Shown piece by piece: positions 30,001 through 44,153 of a stretch of DNA of 64,000 bases. The notes under the pieces were generated by a model. It had not been told where the DNA came from. It saw nothing but the letters and a program-made list of their open reading frames with translations, and searched no databases. The stretch spans positions 38,812,001-38,876,000 of the forward strand of contig OZ024750.1 of NCBI GenBank assembly GCA_964016885.1, written 5' to 3'. Within the stretch, counting starts at the first letter, position 1, and every line of letters starts with the position of its first letter. The position numbers and the translations under genes are program-made. This DNA is from Eledone cirrhosa (Eukaryota).

Positions 30001-33000
30001 TGTCTAGTAGTGTAGGTACAGGACAGTGTCTAGTAATGTAGGTACAGGACAGTGACTAGTAATGTAGGTACAGGACAGTGTCTAGTAATGTAGGTACAGG
30101 ACAGTGTCTAGTAATGTAGGTACAGGACAGTGTCTAGTAATGTAGGTACAGGACAGTGTCTAGTAATGTAGGTACTTGACAGTGACTAGTAATGTAGGTA
30201 CAGGACAGTGTCTAGTAATGTAGGTACAGGACAGTGTCTAGTAATGTAGGTACTTGACAGTGACTAGTAATGTAGGTACAGGATAGTGTCTAGTAATGTA
30301 GGTACAGGACAGTGTCTAGTAATGTAGGTACTTGACAGTGACTAGTAATGTAGGTACAGGACAGTGTCTAGTAATGTAGGTACTGGACAGTGTCTAGTAG
30401 TGTAGGTACAGGACAGTGTCTAGTAATGTAGGTACTGGACAGTGTCTAGTAGTGTAGGTACAGGACAGTGTCTAGTAATGTAGGTACAGGACAGTGTCTA
30501 GTAATGTAGGTACAGGACAGTGTCTAGTAATGTAGGTACAGGACAGTGTCTAGTAATGTAGGTACAGGACACTGTCTAGTAGCATAGGTACAGGACAGTA
30601 TATAGTAATGTAGGTACAGGACAGTGTCTAGTAATGTAGATACAGGACAGTGTCTAGTAGTGTAGGTACTGGACAGTGTCTAGTAGTGTAGGTACTGGAC
30701 AGTGTCTAGTAGTGTAGGTACAGGACAGTGTCTAGTAATGTAGGTACAGGACAGTGTCTAGTAATGTAGGTACTGGACAGTGTATAGTAATGTAGGTACA
30801 GGACAGTGTCTAGTAATGTAAGTACAGGATAGTGTCTAGTAATGTAAGTACAGGACAGTGTCTAGTAATGTAGGTACAGGACAGTGTCTAGTAATGTGGG
30901 TACTGGACAGTGTCTAGTAATGTAGGTACAGGACAGTGTCTAGTAATGTAGGTACAGGACAGTGTCTAGTGTACTGGACAGTGTCTAGTAGTGTAGGTAC
31001 TGGACAGTGTCTAGTAGTGTAGGTACAGGACAGTGTCTAGTAATGTAGGTACAGGACAGTGTCTAGTAGTGTAGGTACAGGACAGTGTCTAGTAGTGTAG
31101 GTACTGGACAGTGTCTAGTAGTGTAGGTACTGGACAGTGTCTAGTAATTTAGGTACAGGACAGTGACTAGTAATTTAGGTACAGGACAGTGACTAGTAAT
31201 GTAGTTACTGGACAGTGTCTAGTAGTGTAGGTACAGGACAGTGTCTAGTAGTGTAGGTACTGGACAGTGTCTAGTAGTGTAGGTACTGGACAGTATCTAG
31301 TAGTGTAGGTACAGGACAGTGTCTAGTAGTGTAGGTACAGGACAGTGTCTAGTAATTTAGGTACAGGACAGTGACTAGTAATGTAGGTACAGGACAGTGT
31401 CTATTAATGTAGGTACAGGACAGTGTCTAGTAGTGTAGGTACTGGACAGTGTCTAGTAGTGTAGGTACTGGACAGTGACTAGTAATGTAGTTACTAGACA
31501 GTGTCTAGTAGTGTAGGTACAGGACAGTGTCTAGTAATGTAGGTACAGGACAGTGTCTAGTAATTTAGGTACAGGACAGTGTCTAGTAGTGTAGGTACAG
31601 GACAGTGTCTAATAGTGTAGGTACAGGACAGTGTCTAGTAATGTAGGTACAGGACAGTGTCTAGTAGTGTAGGTACATGACAGTGTCTAGTAGTGTAGGT
31701 ACATGACAGTGTCTAGTAGTGTAGGTACAGGACAGTGTCTAGTAATTTAGGTACAGGACAGTGACTAGTAATGTAGGTACAGGACAGTGTCTAGTAGTGT
31801 AGGTACTGGACAGTGTCTAGTAGTGTAGGTACTGGACAGTGACTACTAATGTAGTTACTGGACAGTGTCTAGTAGTGTAGGTACAGGACAGTGTCTAGTA
31901 ATGTAGTTACTGGACAGTGTCTAGTAGTGTAGTTACTGGACAGTGTCTAGTAGTGTAGGGACAGGACAGTGACTAGTAATGTAGGTACAGGACAGTGTCT
32001 AATAGTGTAGGTACTGGACAGTGTCTAGTAGTGTAGGTACTGGACAGTGTCTAGTAGTGTAGGTACAGGACAGTGTCTAGTAATGTAGGTACTGGAAAGT
32101 GTCTAGTAATGTAGGTACAGGACAGTGTCTAGTAGAGTAGGTACTGGACAGTGTCTAGTAATGTAGGTACAGGACAGTGTCTAGTAATGTAGGTACTGGA
32201 CACTGTCTAGTAGTGTAGGTACTGGACAGTGTCTAGTAATGTAGGTACTGGACAGTGTCTAGTAATGTAGGTATAGGACAGTGTCTAGTAATGTAGGTAC
32301 AGGACAGTGTCTAGTAATGTAGGTATAGGACAGTGTCTAGTAGTGTAGGTACAGGACAGTGTCTAGTAATGTAGGTACAGGACAGTGTATAGTCATGTAG
32401 GTTCTGGACAGTGTCTAGTAATGTAGGTACTGGATAGTGTCTAGTAATGTAGGTACAGGACAGTGTCTAGTAATGTAGGTATAGGACAGTGTCTAGTAAT
32501 GTAGGTACAGGAGAATGTTTAGTAATATATGTACAGGACAGTTTTTAGTAATGTAGGTACAGGACAGTGTCTAGTAGTGTAGGTACAGGACAGTGTCTAG
32601 TAGTGTAGGTACAGGACAGTGTCTAGTAGTGTAGGTACTGGACAGTGTCTAGTAGTGTAGGTACAGGACAGTGTCTAGTAATGTAGGTACTGGACAGTGA
32701 CTAGTAATGTAGATACAGGACAGTGACTAGTAGTGTAGGTACAGGACAGTGTCTAGTAATGTAGGTACAGGACAGTGTCTAGTAATGTAGGTACAGGACA
32801 GTGTCTAGTAGAGTAGGTACAGGACAGTGTCTAGTAATGTAGGTACAGGACAGTGTCTAGTAGTGTAGGTACAGGGCATTGACTATTAATGTAGGTACAG
32901 GACAGTGTCTAGTAATGTAGGTACTTGACAGTGACTAGTAATGTAGGTACAGGACAGTGTCTAGTAATGTAGGTACAGGACAGTGTCTAGTAGTGTAGGT

Positions 33001-36000
33001 ACAGGACAGTGTCTAGTAGTGTAGGTACATGACAGTGTCTAATAGTGTAGGTACAGGACAGTGTCTAGTAGAGTAGGTACAGGACAGTGTCTAGTAATGT
33101 AGGTACAGGACAGTGTCTAGTAGTGTAGGTACAGGACATTGACTAGTAATGTAGGTACAGGACAGTGTCTAGTAATGTAGGTACTTGACAGTGACTAGTA
33201 ATGTAGGTACAGGACAGTGTCTAGTAATGTAGGTACAGGACAGTGTCTAGTAATGTAGGTACTTGACAGTCACTAGTAATGTAGGTACAGGATAGTGTCT
33301 AGTAATGTAGGTACTTGACAGTGACTAGTAATGTAGGTACTTGACAGTGACTAGTAATGTAGGTACAGGACAGTGTCTTGTAATGTAGGTACAGGACAGT
33401 GTCTAGTAATGTAGGTATAGGACAGTGTCTAGTAGTGTAGGTACAGGACAGTGTCTAGTAGTGTAGGTACAGGACAGTGTCTAGTAGTGTAGGTACAGGA
33501 CAGTGTCTAGTAATGTAGGTACAGGACAGTGACTAGTAATGTAGTTACTGGACAGTGTCTAGTAGTGTAGGTACAGGACAGTGTCTAGTAGTGTAGGTAC
33601 TAGACAGTGTCTAGTAATGTAGGTATAGGACAGTGTCTAGTAGTGTAGGTACTGGACAGTGTCTAGTAATGTAGGTACAGGACAGTGTCTAGTAATGTAG
33701 GTACAGGACAGTAACTAGTAATGTAGGTACAGGACAGTGTCTAGTAATGTAGGTACTAGACAGTGTCTAATAATGTAGGTACTGGACAGTGTCTAGTAGT
33801 GTAGGTACAGGACAGTGTCTAGTAATGTAGGTACAGGACAGTGTCTAGTAATGTAGGTACTTGACAGTGACTAGTAATGTAGGTATAGGATAGTGTCTAG
33901 TAATGTAGGTACAGGACAGTGTCTAGTAATGTAGGTACTTGACAGTGACTAGTAATGTAGGTACAGGACAGTGTCTAGTAATGTAGGTACTGGACAGTGT
34001 CTAGTAATGTAGGTACTTGACAGTGACTAGTAATGTAGGTACAGGACAGTGTCTAGTAATGTAGGTATTGGACAGTGTCTAGTAATATAGGTACAGGACA
34101 GTGTCTAGTAATGTAGGTATAGAACAGTGTCTAGTAATGTAGGTACAGGACAGTGTCTAGTAATGTAGGTACTGGACAGTGTCTAGTAGTGTAGGTACAG
34201 GACAGTGTCTAGTAATGTAGGTACTGGACAGTGTCTAGTAGTGTAGGTACAGGACAGTGTCTAGTAATGTAGGTACAGGACAGTGTCTAGTAATGTAGGT
34301 ACAGGATAGTGTCTAGTAATGTAGGTACAGGACAGTGTCTAGTAATGTAGGTACAGGACAGTGTCTAGTAGTGTAGGTACAGGACAGTTTCTAGTAATGT
34401 AGGTACTGGACAGTGTCTAGTAATGTAGGTACTTGACAGTGACTAGTAATGTACGTACAGGACAGTGTCTAGTAATGTAGGTACAGGACAGTGTCTAGTA
34501 ATGTAGGTACAGGACAGTGTCTAGTAATGTAGGTACAGGACAGTGTCTAGTAATGTAGGTACAGGACAGTGTCTAGTAGTGTAGGTACTGGACAGTGTCT
34601 AGTAGTGTAGGTACAGGACAGTGTCTAGTAATGTAGGTACAGGACAGTGACTAGTAATGTAGTTACTGGACAGTGTCTAGTAGTGTAGGTACAGGACAGT
34701 GTGTAGTAATTTAGGTACAGGACAGTGTGTAGTAATGTAGGTACAGGACAGTGTCTAGTATTGTAGGTACTGGACAGTGTCTAGTAATGTTGGTACTGGA
34801 CAGTGTCTAGTAATGTTGGTACTGGACAGTGTCTAGTAATGTAGCTACTGGACAGTGTCTAGTAGTGTAGGTACAGGACAGTGTCTAGTAATGTAGGTAC
34901 TGGAAAGTGTCTAGTAATGTAGGTACAGGACAGTGTCTAGTAGAGTAGGTACTGGACAGTGTCTAGTAATGTAGGTACAGGACAGTGTCTAGTAATGTAG
35001 GTACTGGACAGTGTCTAGTAGTGTAGGTACTGGACAGTGTCTAGTAATGTAGGTACTGGACAGTGTCTAGTAATGTAGGTATAGGACAGTGTCTAGTAAT
35101 GTAGGTATAGGACAGTGTCTAATAATGTAGGTACAGGACAGTGTCTAGTAATGTAGGTATAGGACAGTGTCTAGTAATGTAGGTACAGGACAGTGTCTAG
35201 TAATGTAGGTATAGGACAGTGTCTAGTACTGTAGGTACAGGACAGTGTCTAGTAATGTAGGTACAGGACAGTGTATAGTCATGTAGGTACTGGACAGTGT
35301 CTAGTAATGTAGGTACTGGACAGTGTCTAGTAATGTAGGTACAGGACAGTTTCTAGTAATGTAGGTATAGGACATTGTCTAGTAATGTAGGTACAGGAGA
35401 ATGTTTAGTAATATATGTACAGGACAGTTTCTAGTAATGTAGGTACTGGACAGTGTCTAGTAATGTAGGTACAGGACAGTGTCTAGTAATGTAGGTATAG
35501 GACAGTGTCTAGTAATGTAGGTACAGGAGAATGTCTAGTAATATATGTACAGGACAGTGTCTAGTAATGTAGGTACAGGACAGTGTCTAGTAGTGTAGGT
35601 ACAGGACAGTGTCTAGTAGTGTAGGTACAGGACAGTGTCTAGTAGTGTAGGTACTGGACAGTGTCTAGTAGTGTAGGTACAGGACAGTGTCTAGTAATGT
35701 AGGTACTGGACAGTGACTAGTAATGTAGGTACATGACAGTGTCTTGTAATATAGGTACAGGACAGTGTCTAGTAATGTAGGTATAGGACAGTGTCTAGTA
35801 GTGTAGGTACAGGACAGTGTCTAGTAGTGTAGGTACTGGACAGTGTCTAGTAATGTAGGTACAGGACAGTGTCTAGTAATGTAGGTACAGGACAGTGACT
35901 AGTAATGTAGGTACAGGACAGTGTCTAGTAGTGTAGGTACAGGACAGTGTCTAGTAGTGTAGGTACAGGACAGTGTCTAGTAATGTAGGTACAGGACAGT

Positions 36001-39000
36001 GTCTAGTAATGTAGGTACTTGACAGTGACTAGTAATGTAGGTACAGGATAGTGTCTATTAATGTAGGTACAGGACAGTGTCTAGTAATGTAGGTACTTGA
36101 CAGTGACTAGTAATGTAGGTACAGGACAGTGTCTAGTAATGTAGGTACTGGACAGTGTCTAGTAGTGTAGGTACAGGACAGTGTCTAGTAATGTAGGTAC
36201 AGGACAGTGTCTAGTAATGTAGGTACTTGACAGTGACTAGTAATGTAGGTACAGGACAGTGACTAGTAATGTAGGTACAGGACAGTGTCTAGTAATGTAG
36301 GTACTTGACAGTGACTAGTAATGTAGGTACTTGACAGTGACTAGTAATGTAGGTACAGGATAGTGTCTATTAATGTAGGTACAGGACAGTGTCTAGTAAT
36401 GTAGGTACTTGACAGTGACTAGTAATGTAGGTACAGGACAGTGTCTAGTAATGTAGGTACAGGACAGTGTCTAGTAATGTAGGTACAGGTCAGTGTCTAG
36501 TAATGTAGGTACTGGACAGTGTCTAGTAATGTAGGTACTGGACAGTGTCTAGTAGTGTAGGTACAGGACAGTGTCTAGTAATGTAGGTACAGGACAGTGT
36601 CTAGTAATGTAGGTACTTGACAGTGACTAGTAATGTAGGTACTTGACAGTGACTAGTAATGTAGGTACAGGATAGTGTCTATTAATGTAGGTACAGGACA
36701 GTGTCTAGTAATGTAGGTACTGGACAGTGTCTAGTAGTGTAGGTACAGGACAGTGTCTAGTAATGTAGGTACAGGACAGTGTCTAGTAATGTAGGTACTT
36801 GACAGTGACTAGTAATGTAGGTACTTGACAGTGACTAGTAATGTAGGTACAGGATAGTGTCTATTAATGTAGGTACAGGACAGTGTCTAGTAATGTAGGT
36901 ACTTGACAGTGACTAGTAATGTAGGTACAGGACAGTGTCTAGTAATGTAGGTACAGGACAGTGTCTAGTAATGTAGGTACAGGTCAGTGTCTAGTAATGT
37001 AGGTACTGGACAGTGTCTAGTAATGTAGGTACTGGACAGTGTCTAGTAGTGTAGGTACAGGACAGTGTCTAGTAATGTAGGTACAGGACAGTGACTAGTA
37101 ATGTAGGTACAGGACAGTGTCTAGTAATGTAGGTACAGGACAGTGTCTAGTAATGTAGGTACAGGACAGTGTCTAGTAATGTAGGTACAGGACAGTGTCT
37201 AGTAATGTAGGTACAGGACAGTGTCTAGTAATGTAGGTACTTGACAGTGACTAGTAATGTAGGTACAGGACAGTGTCTAGTAATGTAGGTACAGGACAGT
37301 GTCTAGTAATGTAGGTACTTGACAGTGACTAGTAATGTAGGTACAGGATAGTGTCTAGTAATGTAGGTACAGGACAGTGTCTAGTAATGTAGGTACTTGA
37401 CAGTGACTAGTAATGTAGGTACAGGACAGTGTCTAGTAATGTAGGTACTGGACAGTGTCTAGTAGTGTAGGTACAGGACAGTGTCTAGTAATGTAGGTAC
37501 TGGACAGTGTCTAGTAGTGTAGGTACAGGACAGTGTCTAGTAATGTAGGTACAGGACAGTGTCTAGTAATGTAGGTACAGGACAGTGTCTAGTAATGTAG
37601 GTACAGGACAGTGTCTAGTAATGTAGGTACAGGACACTGTCTAGTAGCATAGGTACAGGACAGTGTATAGTAATGTAGGTACAGGACAGTGTCTAGTAAT
37701 GTAGATACAGGACAGTGTCTAGTAGTGTAGGTACTGGACAGTGTCTAGTAGTGTAGGTACTGGACAGTGTCTAGTAGTGTAGGTACAGGACAGTGTCTAG
37801 TAATGTAGGTACAGGACAGTGTCTAGTAATGTAGGTACTGGACAGTGTATAGTAATGTAGGTACAGGACAGTGTCTAGTAATGTAAGTACAGGATAGTGT
37901 CTAGTAATGTAAGTACAGGACAGTGTCTAGTAATGTAGGTACAGGACAGTGTCTAGTAATGTGGGTACTGGACAGTGTCTAGTAATGTAGGTACAGGACA
38001 GTGTCTAGTAATGTAGGTACAGGACAGTGTCTAGTGTACTGGACAGTGTCTAGTAGTGTAGGTACTGGACAGTGTCTAGTAGTGTAGGTACAGGACAGTG
38101 TCTAGTAATGTAGGTACAGGACAGTGTCTAGTAGTGTAGGTACAGGACAGTGTCTAGTAGTGTAGGTACTGGACAGTGTCTAGTAGTGTAGGTACTGGAC
38201 AGTGTCTAGTAATTTAGGTACAGGACAGTGACTAGTAATTTAGGTACAGGACAGTGACTAGTAATGTAGTTACTGGACAGTGTCTAGTAGTGTAGGTACA
38301 GGACAGTGTCTAGTAGTGTAGGTACTGGACAGTGTCTAGTAGTGTAGGTACTGGACAGTGTCTAGTAGTGTAGGTACAGGACAGTGTCTAGTAGTGTAGG
38401 TACAGGACAGTGTCTAGTAATTTAGGTACAGGACAGTGACTAGTAATGTAGGTACAGGACAGTGTCTATTAATGTAGGTACAGGACAGTGTCTAGTAGTG
38501 TAGGTACTGGACAGTGTCTAGTAGTGTAGGTACTGGACAGTGACTAGTAATGTAGTTACTAGACAGTGTCTAGTAGTGTAGGTACAGGACAGTGTCTAGT
38601 AATGTAGGTACAGGACAGTGTCTAGTAATTTAGGTACAGGACAGTGTCTAGTAGTGTAGGTACAGGACAGTGTCTAATAGTGTAGGTACAGGACAGTGTC
38701 TAGTAATGTAGGTACAGGACAGTGTCTAGTAGTGTAGGTACATGACAGTGTCTAGTAGTGTAGGTACATGACAGTGTCTAGTAGTGTAGGTACAGGACAG
38801 TGTCTAGTAATTTAGGTACAGGACAGTGACTAGTAATGTAGGTACAGGACAGTGTCTAGTAGTGTAGGTACTGGACAGTGTCTAGTAGTGTAGGTACTGG
38901 ACAGTGACTAGTAATGTAGTTACTGGACAGTGTCTAGTAGTGTAGGTACAGGACAGTGTCTAGTAATGTAGTTACTGGACAGTGTCTAGTAGTGTAGTTA

Positions 39001-42000
39001 CTGGACAGTGTCTAGTAGTGTAGGTACAGGACAGTGTCTAGTAGTGTAGGTACAGGACAGTGACTAGTAATGTAGGTACAGGACAGTGTCTAATAGTGTA
39101 GGTACTGGACAGTGTCTAGTAGTGTAGGTACTGGACAGTGTCTAGTAGTGTAGGTACAGGACAGTGTCTAGTAATGTAGGTACTGGAAAGTGTCTAGTAA
39201 TGTAGGTACAGGACGGTGTCTAGTAGAGTAGGTACTGGACAGTGTCTAGTAATGTAGGTACAGGACAGTGTCTAGTAATGTAGGTACTGGACACTGTCTA
39301 GTAGTGTAGGTACTGGACAGTGTCTTGTAATGTAGGTACTGGACAGTGTCTAGTTATGTAGGTATAGGACAGTGTCTAGTAATGTAGGTACAGGACAGTG
39401 TCTAGTAATGTAGGTATAGGACAGTGTCTAGTAGTGTAGGTACAGGACAGTGTCTAGTAATGTAGGTACAGGACAGTGTATAGTCATGTAGGTTCTAGAC
39501 AGTGTCTAGTAATGTAGGTACTGGATAGTGTCTAGTAATGTAGGTACAGGACAGTGTCTAGTAATGTAGGTATAGGACAGTGTCTAGTAATGTAGGTACA
39601 GGAGAATGTTTAGTAATATATGTACAGGACAGTTTTTAGTAATGTAGGTACAGGACAGTGTCTAGTAGTGTAGGTACAGGACAGTGTCTAGTAGTGTAGG
39701 TACAGGACAGTGTCTAGTAGTGTAGGTACTGGACAGTGTCTAGTAGTGTAGGTACAGGACAGTGTCTAGTAATGTAGGTACTGGACAGTGACTAGTATGT
39801 AGATACAGGACAGTGACTAGTAGTGTAGGTACAGGACAGTGTCTAGTAATGTAGGTACAGGACAGTGTCTAGTAATGTAGGTACAGGACAGTGTCTAGTA
39901 GAGTAGGTACAGGACAGTGTCTAGTAATGTAGGTACAGGACAGTGTCTAGTAGTGTAGGTACAGGACATTGACTAGTAATGTAGGTACAGGACAGTGTCT
40001 AGTAATGTAGGTACTTGACAGTGACTAGTAATGTAGGTACAGGACAGTGTCTAGTAATGTAGGTACAGGACAGTGTCTAGTAGTGTAGGTACAGGACAGT
40101 GTCTAGTAGTGTAGGTACATGACAGTGTCTAATAGTGTAGGTACAGGACAGTGTCTAGTAGAGTAGGTACAGGACAGTGTCTAGTAATGTAGGTACAGGA
40201 CAGTGTCTAGTAGTGTAGGTACAGGACATTGACTAGTAATGTAGGTACAGGACAGTGTCTAGTAATGTAGGTACTTGACAGTGACTAGTAATGTAGGTAC
40301 AGGACAGTGTCTAGTAATGTAGGTACAGGACAGTGTCTAGTAATGTAGGTACTTGACAGTCACTAGTAATGTAGGTACAGGATAGTGTCTAGTAATGTAG
40401 GTACTTGACAGTGACTAGTAATGTAGGTACTTGACAGTGACTAGTAATGTAGGTACAGGACAGTGTCTTGTAATGTAGGTACAGGACAGTGTCTAGTAAT
40501 GTAGGTATAGGACAGTGTCTAGTAGTGTAGGTACAGGACAGTGTCTAGTAGTGTAGGTACTGGACAGTGTCTAGTAATGTAGGTACAGGACAGTGTCTAG
40601 TAATGTAGGTACAGGACAGTAACTAGTAATGTAGGTACAGGACAGTGTCTAGTAATGTAGGTACTAGACAGTGTCTAGTAATGTAGGTACTGGACAGTGT
40701 CTAGTAGTGTAGGTACAGGACAGTGTCTAGTAATGTAGGTACAGGACAGTGTCTAGTAATGTAGGTACTTGACAGTGACTAGTAATGTAGGTATAGGATA
40801 GTGTCTAGTAATGTAGGTACAGGACAGTGTCTAGTAATGTAGGTACTTGACAGTGACTAGTAATGTAGGTACAGGACAGTGTCTAGTAATGTAGGTACTG
40901 GACAGTGTCTAGTAATGTAGGTACTTGACAGTGACTAGTAATGTAGGTACAGGACAGTGTCTAGTAATGTAGGTATTGGACAGTGTCTAGTAATGTAGGT
41001 ACAGGACAGTGTCTAGTAATGTAGGTATAGAACAGTGTCTAGTAATGTAGGTACAGGACAGTGTCTAGTAATGTAGGTACTGGACAGTGTCTAGTAGTGT
41101 AGGTACAGGACAGTGTCTAGTAATGTAGGTACTGGACAGTGTCTAGTAGTGTAGGTACAGGACAGTGTCTAGTAATGTAGGTACAGGACAGTGTCTAGTA
41201 ATGTAGGTACAGGATAGTGTCTAGTAATGTAGGTACAGGACAGTGTCTAGTAATGTAGGTACAGGACAGTGTCTAGTAGTGTAGGTACAGGACAGTTTCT
41301 AGTAATGTAGGTACTGGACAGTGTGTAGTAATGTAGGTACTTGACAGTGACTAGTAATGTACGTACAGGACAGTGTCTAGTAATGTAGGTACAGGACAGT
41401 GTCTAGTAATATAGGTACTGGACAGTGTCTAGTAATGTAGGTACTGGACAGTGTCTAGTAGTGTAGGTACTGGACAGTGTCTAGTAATGTAGATACAGGA
41501 CAGTGTCTAGTAATGTAGGTACAGGACAGTGTCTAGTAATGTAGGTACTGGACAGTGTCTAGTAATGTAGGTACTTGACAGTGACTAGTAATGTAGGTAC
41601 AGGATAGTGTCTAGTAATGTAGGTACAGGACAGTGTCTAGTAATGTAGGTACTTGACAGTCACTAGTAATGTAGGTACAGGACAGTGTCTAGTAATGTAG
41701 GTACTGGACAGTGTCTAGTAGTGTAGGTACAGGACAGTGTCTAGTAATGTAGGTACTGGACAGTGTCTAGTAGTGTAGGTACAGGACAGTGTCTAGTAAT
41801 GTAGGTACAGGACAGTGTCTAGTAATGTAGGTACTTGACAGTGACTAGTAATGTAGGTACAGGACAGTGTCTAGTAATGTAGGTACAGGACAGTGTCTAG
41901 TAATGTAGGTACAGGACAGTGTCTAGTAGTGTAGGTACAGGACAGTGTCTAGTAATGTAAGTACAGGACAGTGTCTAGTAATGTAGGTACAGGACAGTGT

Positions 42001-42183
42001 CTAGTAATGTAAGTACAGGACAGTGTCTAGTAATGTAGGTACAGGACAGTGTCTAGTAATGTGGGTACTGGAAAGTGTCTAGTAATGTAGGTACAGGACA
42101 GTGTCTAGTAATGTAGCTACAGGACAGTGTCTAGTAATGTAGGTACAGGACAGTGTCTAGTAATGTAGGTACTGTCTAGTAAT
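1..42183. repeat. 26-bp satellite array, consensus TGTAGGTACAGGACAGTGTCTAGTAA, ~1620 monomers, runs off the left edge
   Basis: 26-bp period read directly and checked by phase at several positions; main variants TAC(A/T)GG, TATAGG, AGTA(A/G)TG; no ORFs in the ORF track. Confidence 0.99.
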
Positions 42184-42346
42184 TTCAATGATTCATGGAC
42201 CTCTAACAGATCTGGGAGGGTAGTAATTTCAAATAAAGACTCAAGCCGCAACAAATTATAATTGAAAAAACTCGGAGAAAACTGAGTGTAAGAAGTAAAG
42301 ATTACTCACCATTTAGCTGTACTCAAATAAGAATATGTTATGGCAC

Positions 42347-42725
42347 TCATCATCATCATTTCAGGCCTACTTTTCTATTCTTGCACGAACTGGATGCGTC
42401 TATGAGTCCTCTCCAGCACAGCATCTCTCAACTCATGTTTTTTTTTTACTAATCTTCACTGCATGGTTCAGCATTTTGAGATCAAATCTTACCACTTCTG
42501 CCTAAGTCTTCCTTTATTACAGCTTCCTTCCTCTGTGATCACCTGACACTTCTTCACTCAAGAATCATTATTCATATGCATTACATGTCTATACCAGAGC
42601 AATCGTCTCTCTTGATTCCTTTTATGCCAAGTTTTTCTTTCAGCTTATCCATGCTTTGCCATTCCTGAAGACTAATATTACACATCTAACAGAGCATGTT
42701 CAACTTGCTTCAGTCTAGAATATCT
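42347..42725 (-). mobile_element. Degenerate RTE LINE 3' fragment
   Basis: (CAT)n tail at 42347 followed by the diverged reverse complement of the RTE 3' end seen at 46800-47190 (e.g. CAGCACAGCATCTCTC). Confidence 0.75.
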
Positions 42726-42740
42726 ACATTTACACAACCT

Positions 42741-42932
42741 CCAAACTATGTATACTAATGTTTTCAGGGCCAAACTATGTATACTAATGTTTTCAGGACC
42801 AAACTATGTATAATAATGTTTTCAGGACCAAACTATGTATAATAATGTTTTCAGAACCAAACTATGTATACTAATGTTTTCAGGACCAAACTATGTATAA
42901 TAATGTTTTCAGGACCAAACTATGTTTTCAGA
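42741..42932. repeat. 29-bp minisatellite (CCAAACTATGTATA(C/A)TAATGTTTTCAGGA), ~6.5 copies
   Basis: Unit starts at 42741, 42770 and onward. Confidence 0.95.
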
Positions 42933-42939
42933 ACTATGG

Positions 42940-43241
42940 AGTTAATATTGAAAAGTGCAAAAAGTTACTCTGGAAGACACCTGGAAATGGTATGGACATG
43001 TGATACATAAGGATGATGATCATTAGGTGAAGAAGTGTTCAGTTGAAAGAAGCTACAGTAGAGGAAGGCCAAAGTAGACATGGGCAGGAAAGATGAGAAC
43101 TGTTAAAAAACAAAACAAAAAGGCTGAATCTCACAGAGGAAATGGCAAAGGATGCAATAAGTTGAGAAGTTATACTGGGAAGAAAAAAACCATCTAACCT
43201 ATGTAAGCATGGAAAAGCAGACATAAAATGATGAAGATGAT
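42940..43241 (+). mobile_element. Degenerate RTE LINE 3' fragment
   Basis: TGGTATGGACATGTGAT (WYGHV), then a 3' end GCATGGAAAAGCAGACATAAAATGATGAAGATGA like that of the intact copy. Confidence 0.8.
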
Positions 43242-43249
43242 CGCCAACA

Positions 43250-43450
43250 CCATAGTGGAAACAAAGGTTCCAGAGTGATTGTGAAGGCCTTAGACACAGC
43301 CCCTTCCTCCAGACCTATCAAATAAAAAACAACTGGAAATGAATAAGGTTATCAGAACTGTACAAAATACAAGAGCTAGACTAGGACAGATAAAAAATTA
43401 AACCAAAGGATAGCTCTCATCATCTAGAATACTAAAGGAAGGTAAGTTAA
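43250..43450 (+). mobile_element. Possible decayed C-terminus of an RLE-type (R4/Dong-like) non-LTR element
   Basis: Broken-frame peptides VETKV..VIVKALDT, VQNTRARLG and SRILK resemble the PVVIGALGT / QK..LLGT / ARILRK motifs I recall for this clade. Confidence 0.35.
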
Positions 43451-43666
43451 TTTAACCAGAGAAATTTGCCAGAGGGAGGTAGGGTGTATAAAATTCTCAT
43501 CTTGAACAATGGTGTCATGTTTATAAGACCCACCTAAAATTTGATTGCCGGTCAGAGCCGGCCTTTCCCTTGCAGTGTCCCTAAGCTATATGAAATTCGA
43601 GGTCCTCCTCTAAAAAACAAATAAATATAATTATAAATAATTGTTATTTTTTATATTAATTTTAAT

Positions 43667-43847
43667 TGTTTCTACTTTAGGCACAAGGCCAGCAATTACC
43701 CAGTGTATTAGTGGTACTTTATTTTATCGACCCCGTAAGGATGAAAGGCAAAGTCAACCTCGGCGGGATTTGAACTCAGATCGTAAAGGGACGTAACTAT
43801 GCTGGAAAGCATGGCGTCCGACCCTCTACAGATACTGCCAATCCACC
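43667..43847 (-). mobile_element. tRNA-derived SINE (family S1) with 21-bp target-site duplication
   Basis: On the minus strand: A-box-like TGGCAGTATC, B-box GAGTTCAAATCC, central GCCTTTCATCCTTACGGGGTCGATAAAATAAAGTACC (Deu/Nin-domain-like, from recall); TSD ATTTTTTATATTAATTTTAAT at 43646-43666 and 43848-43868. Confidence 0.9.
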
Positions 43848-43979
43848 ATTTTTTATATTAATTTTAATGATAACGAATAATATCTTTACATCCTGCTTCC
43901 TTGTATCTCTATATCTGACACTATTATCTCTCTTTAAGAACACCAACCCAATGATCAAGGTCGTTTTAAGACAATAGGC

Positions 43980-43980
<1 letters not shown>

Positions 43981-44019
<39 letters not shown>
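43981..44019. repeat. (TG)n(TA)n microsatellite
   Basis: Direct reading. Confidence 0.95.
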
Positions 44020-44121
44020 TTGAAATAAAATTAAATCAAAAATTTGTTAACATGAGTGAAGTCATTCTTTTCCTTTTTTTCAAATATACCTAACTGTACC
44101 AAGGATCTCACACATTTTCCA

Positions 44122-44152
<31 letters not shown>

Positions 44153-44153
44153 T

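Noticed and set aside
1-42183. Telomeric repeat or coding repeat
   Set aside because: TTAGG occurs only as a rare variant; monomers are rich in stop codons and the ORF track is empty
42300-43447. Splice-donor-like GGTGAGTA (minus, ~42309) and AGGTAAGT (~43440)
   Set aside because: No acceptor or open coding frame; both lie in or beside TE remnants
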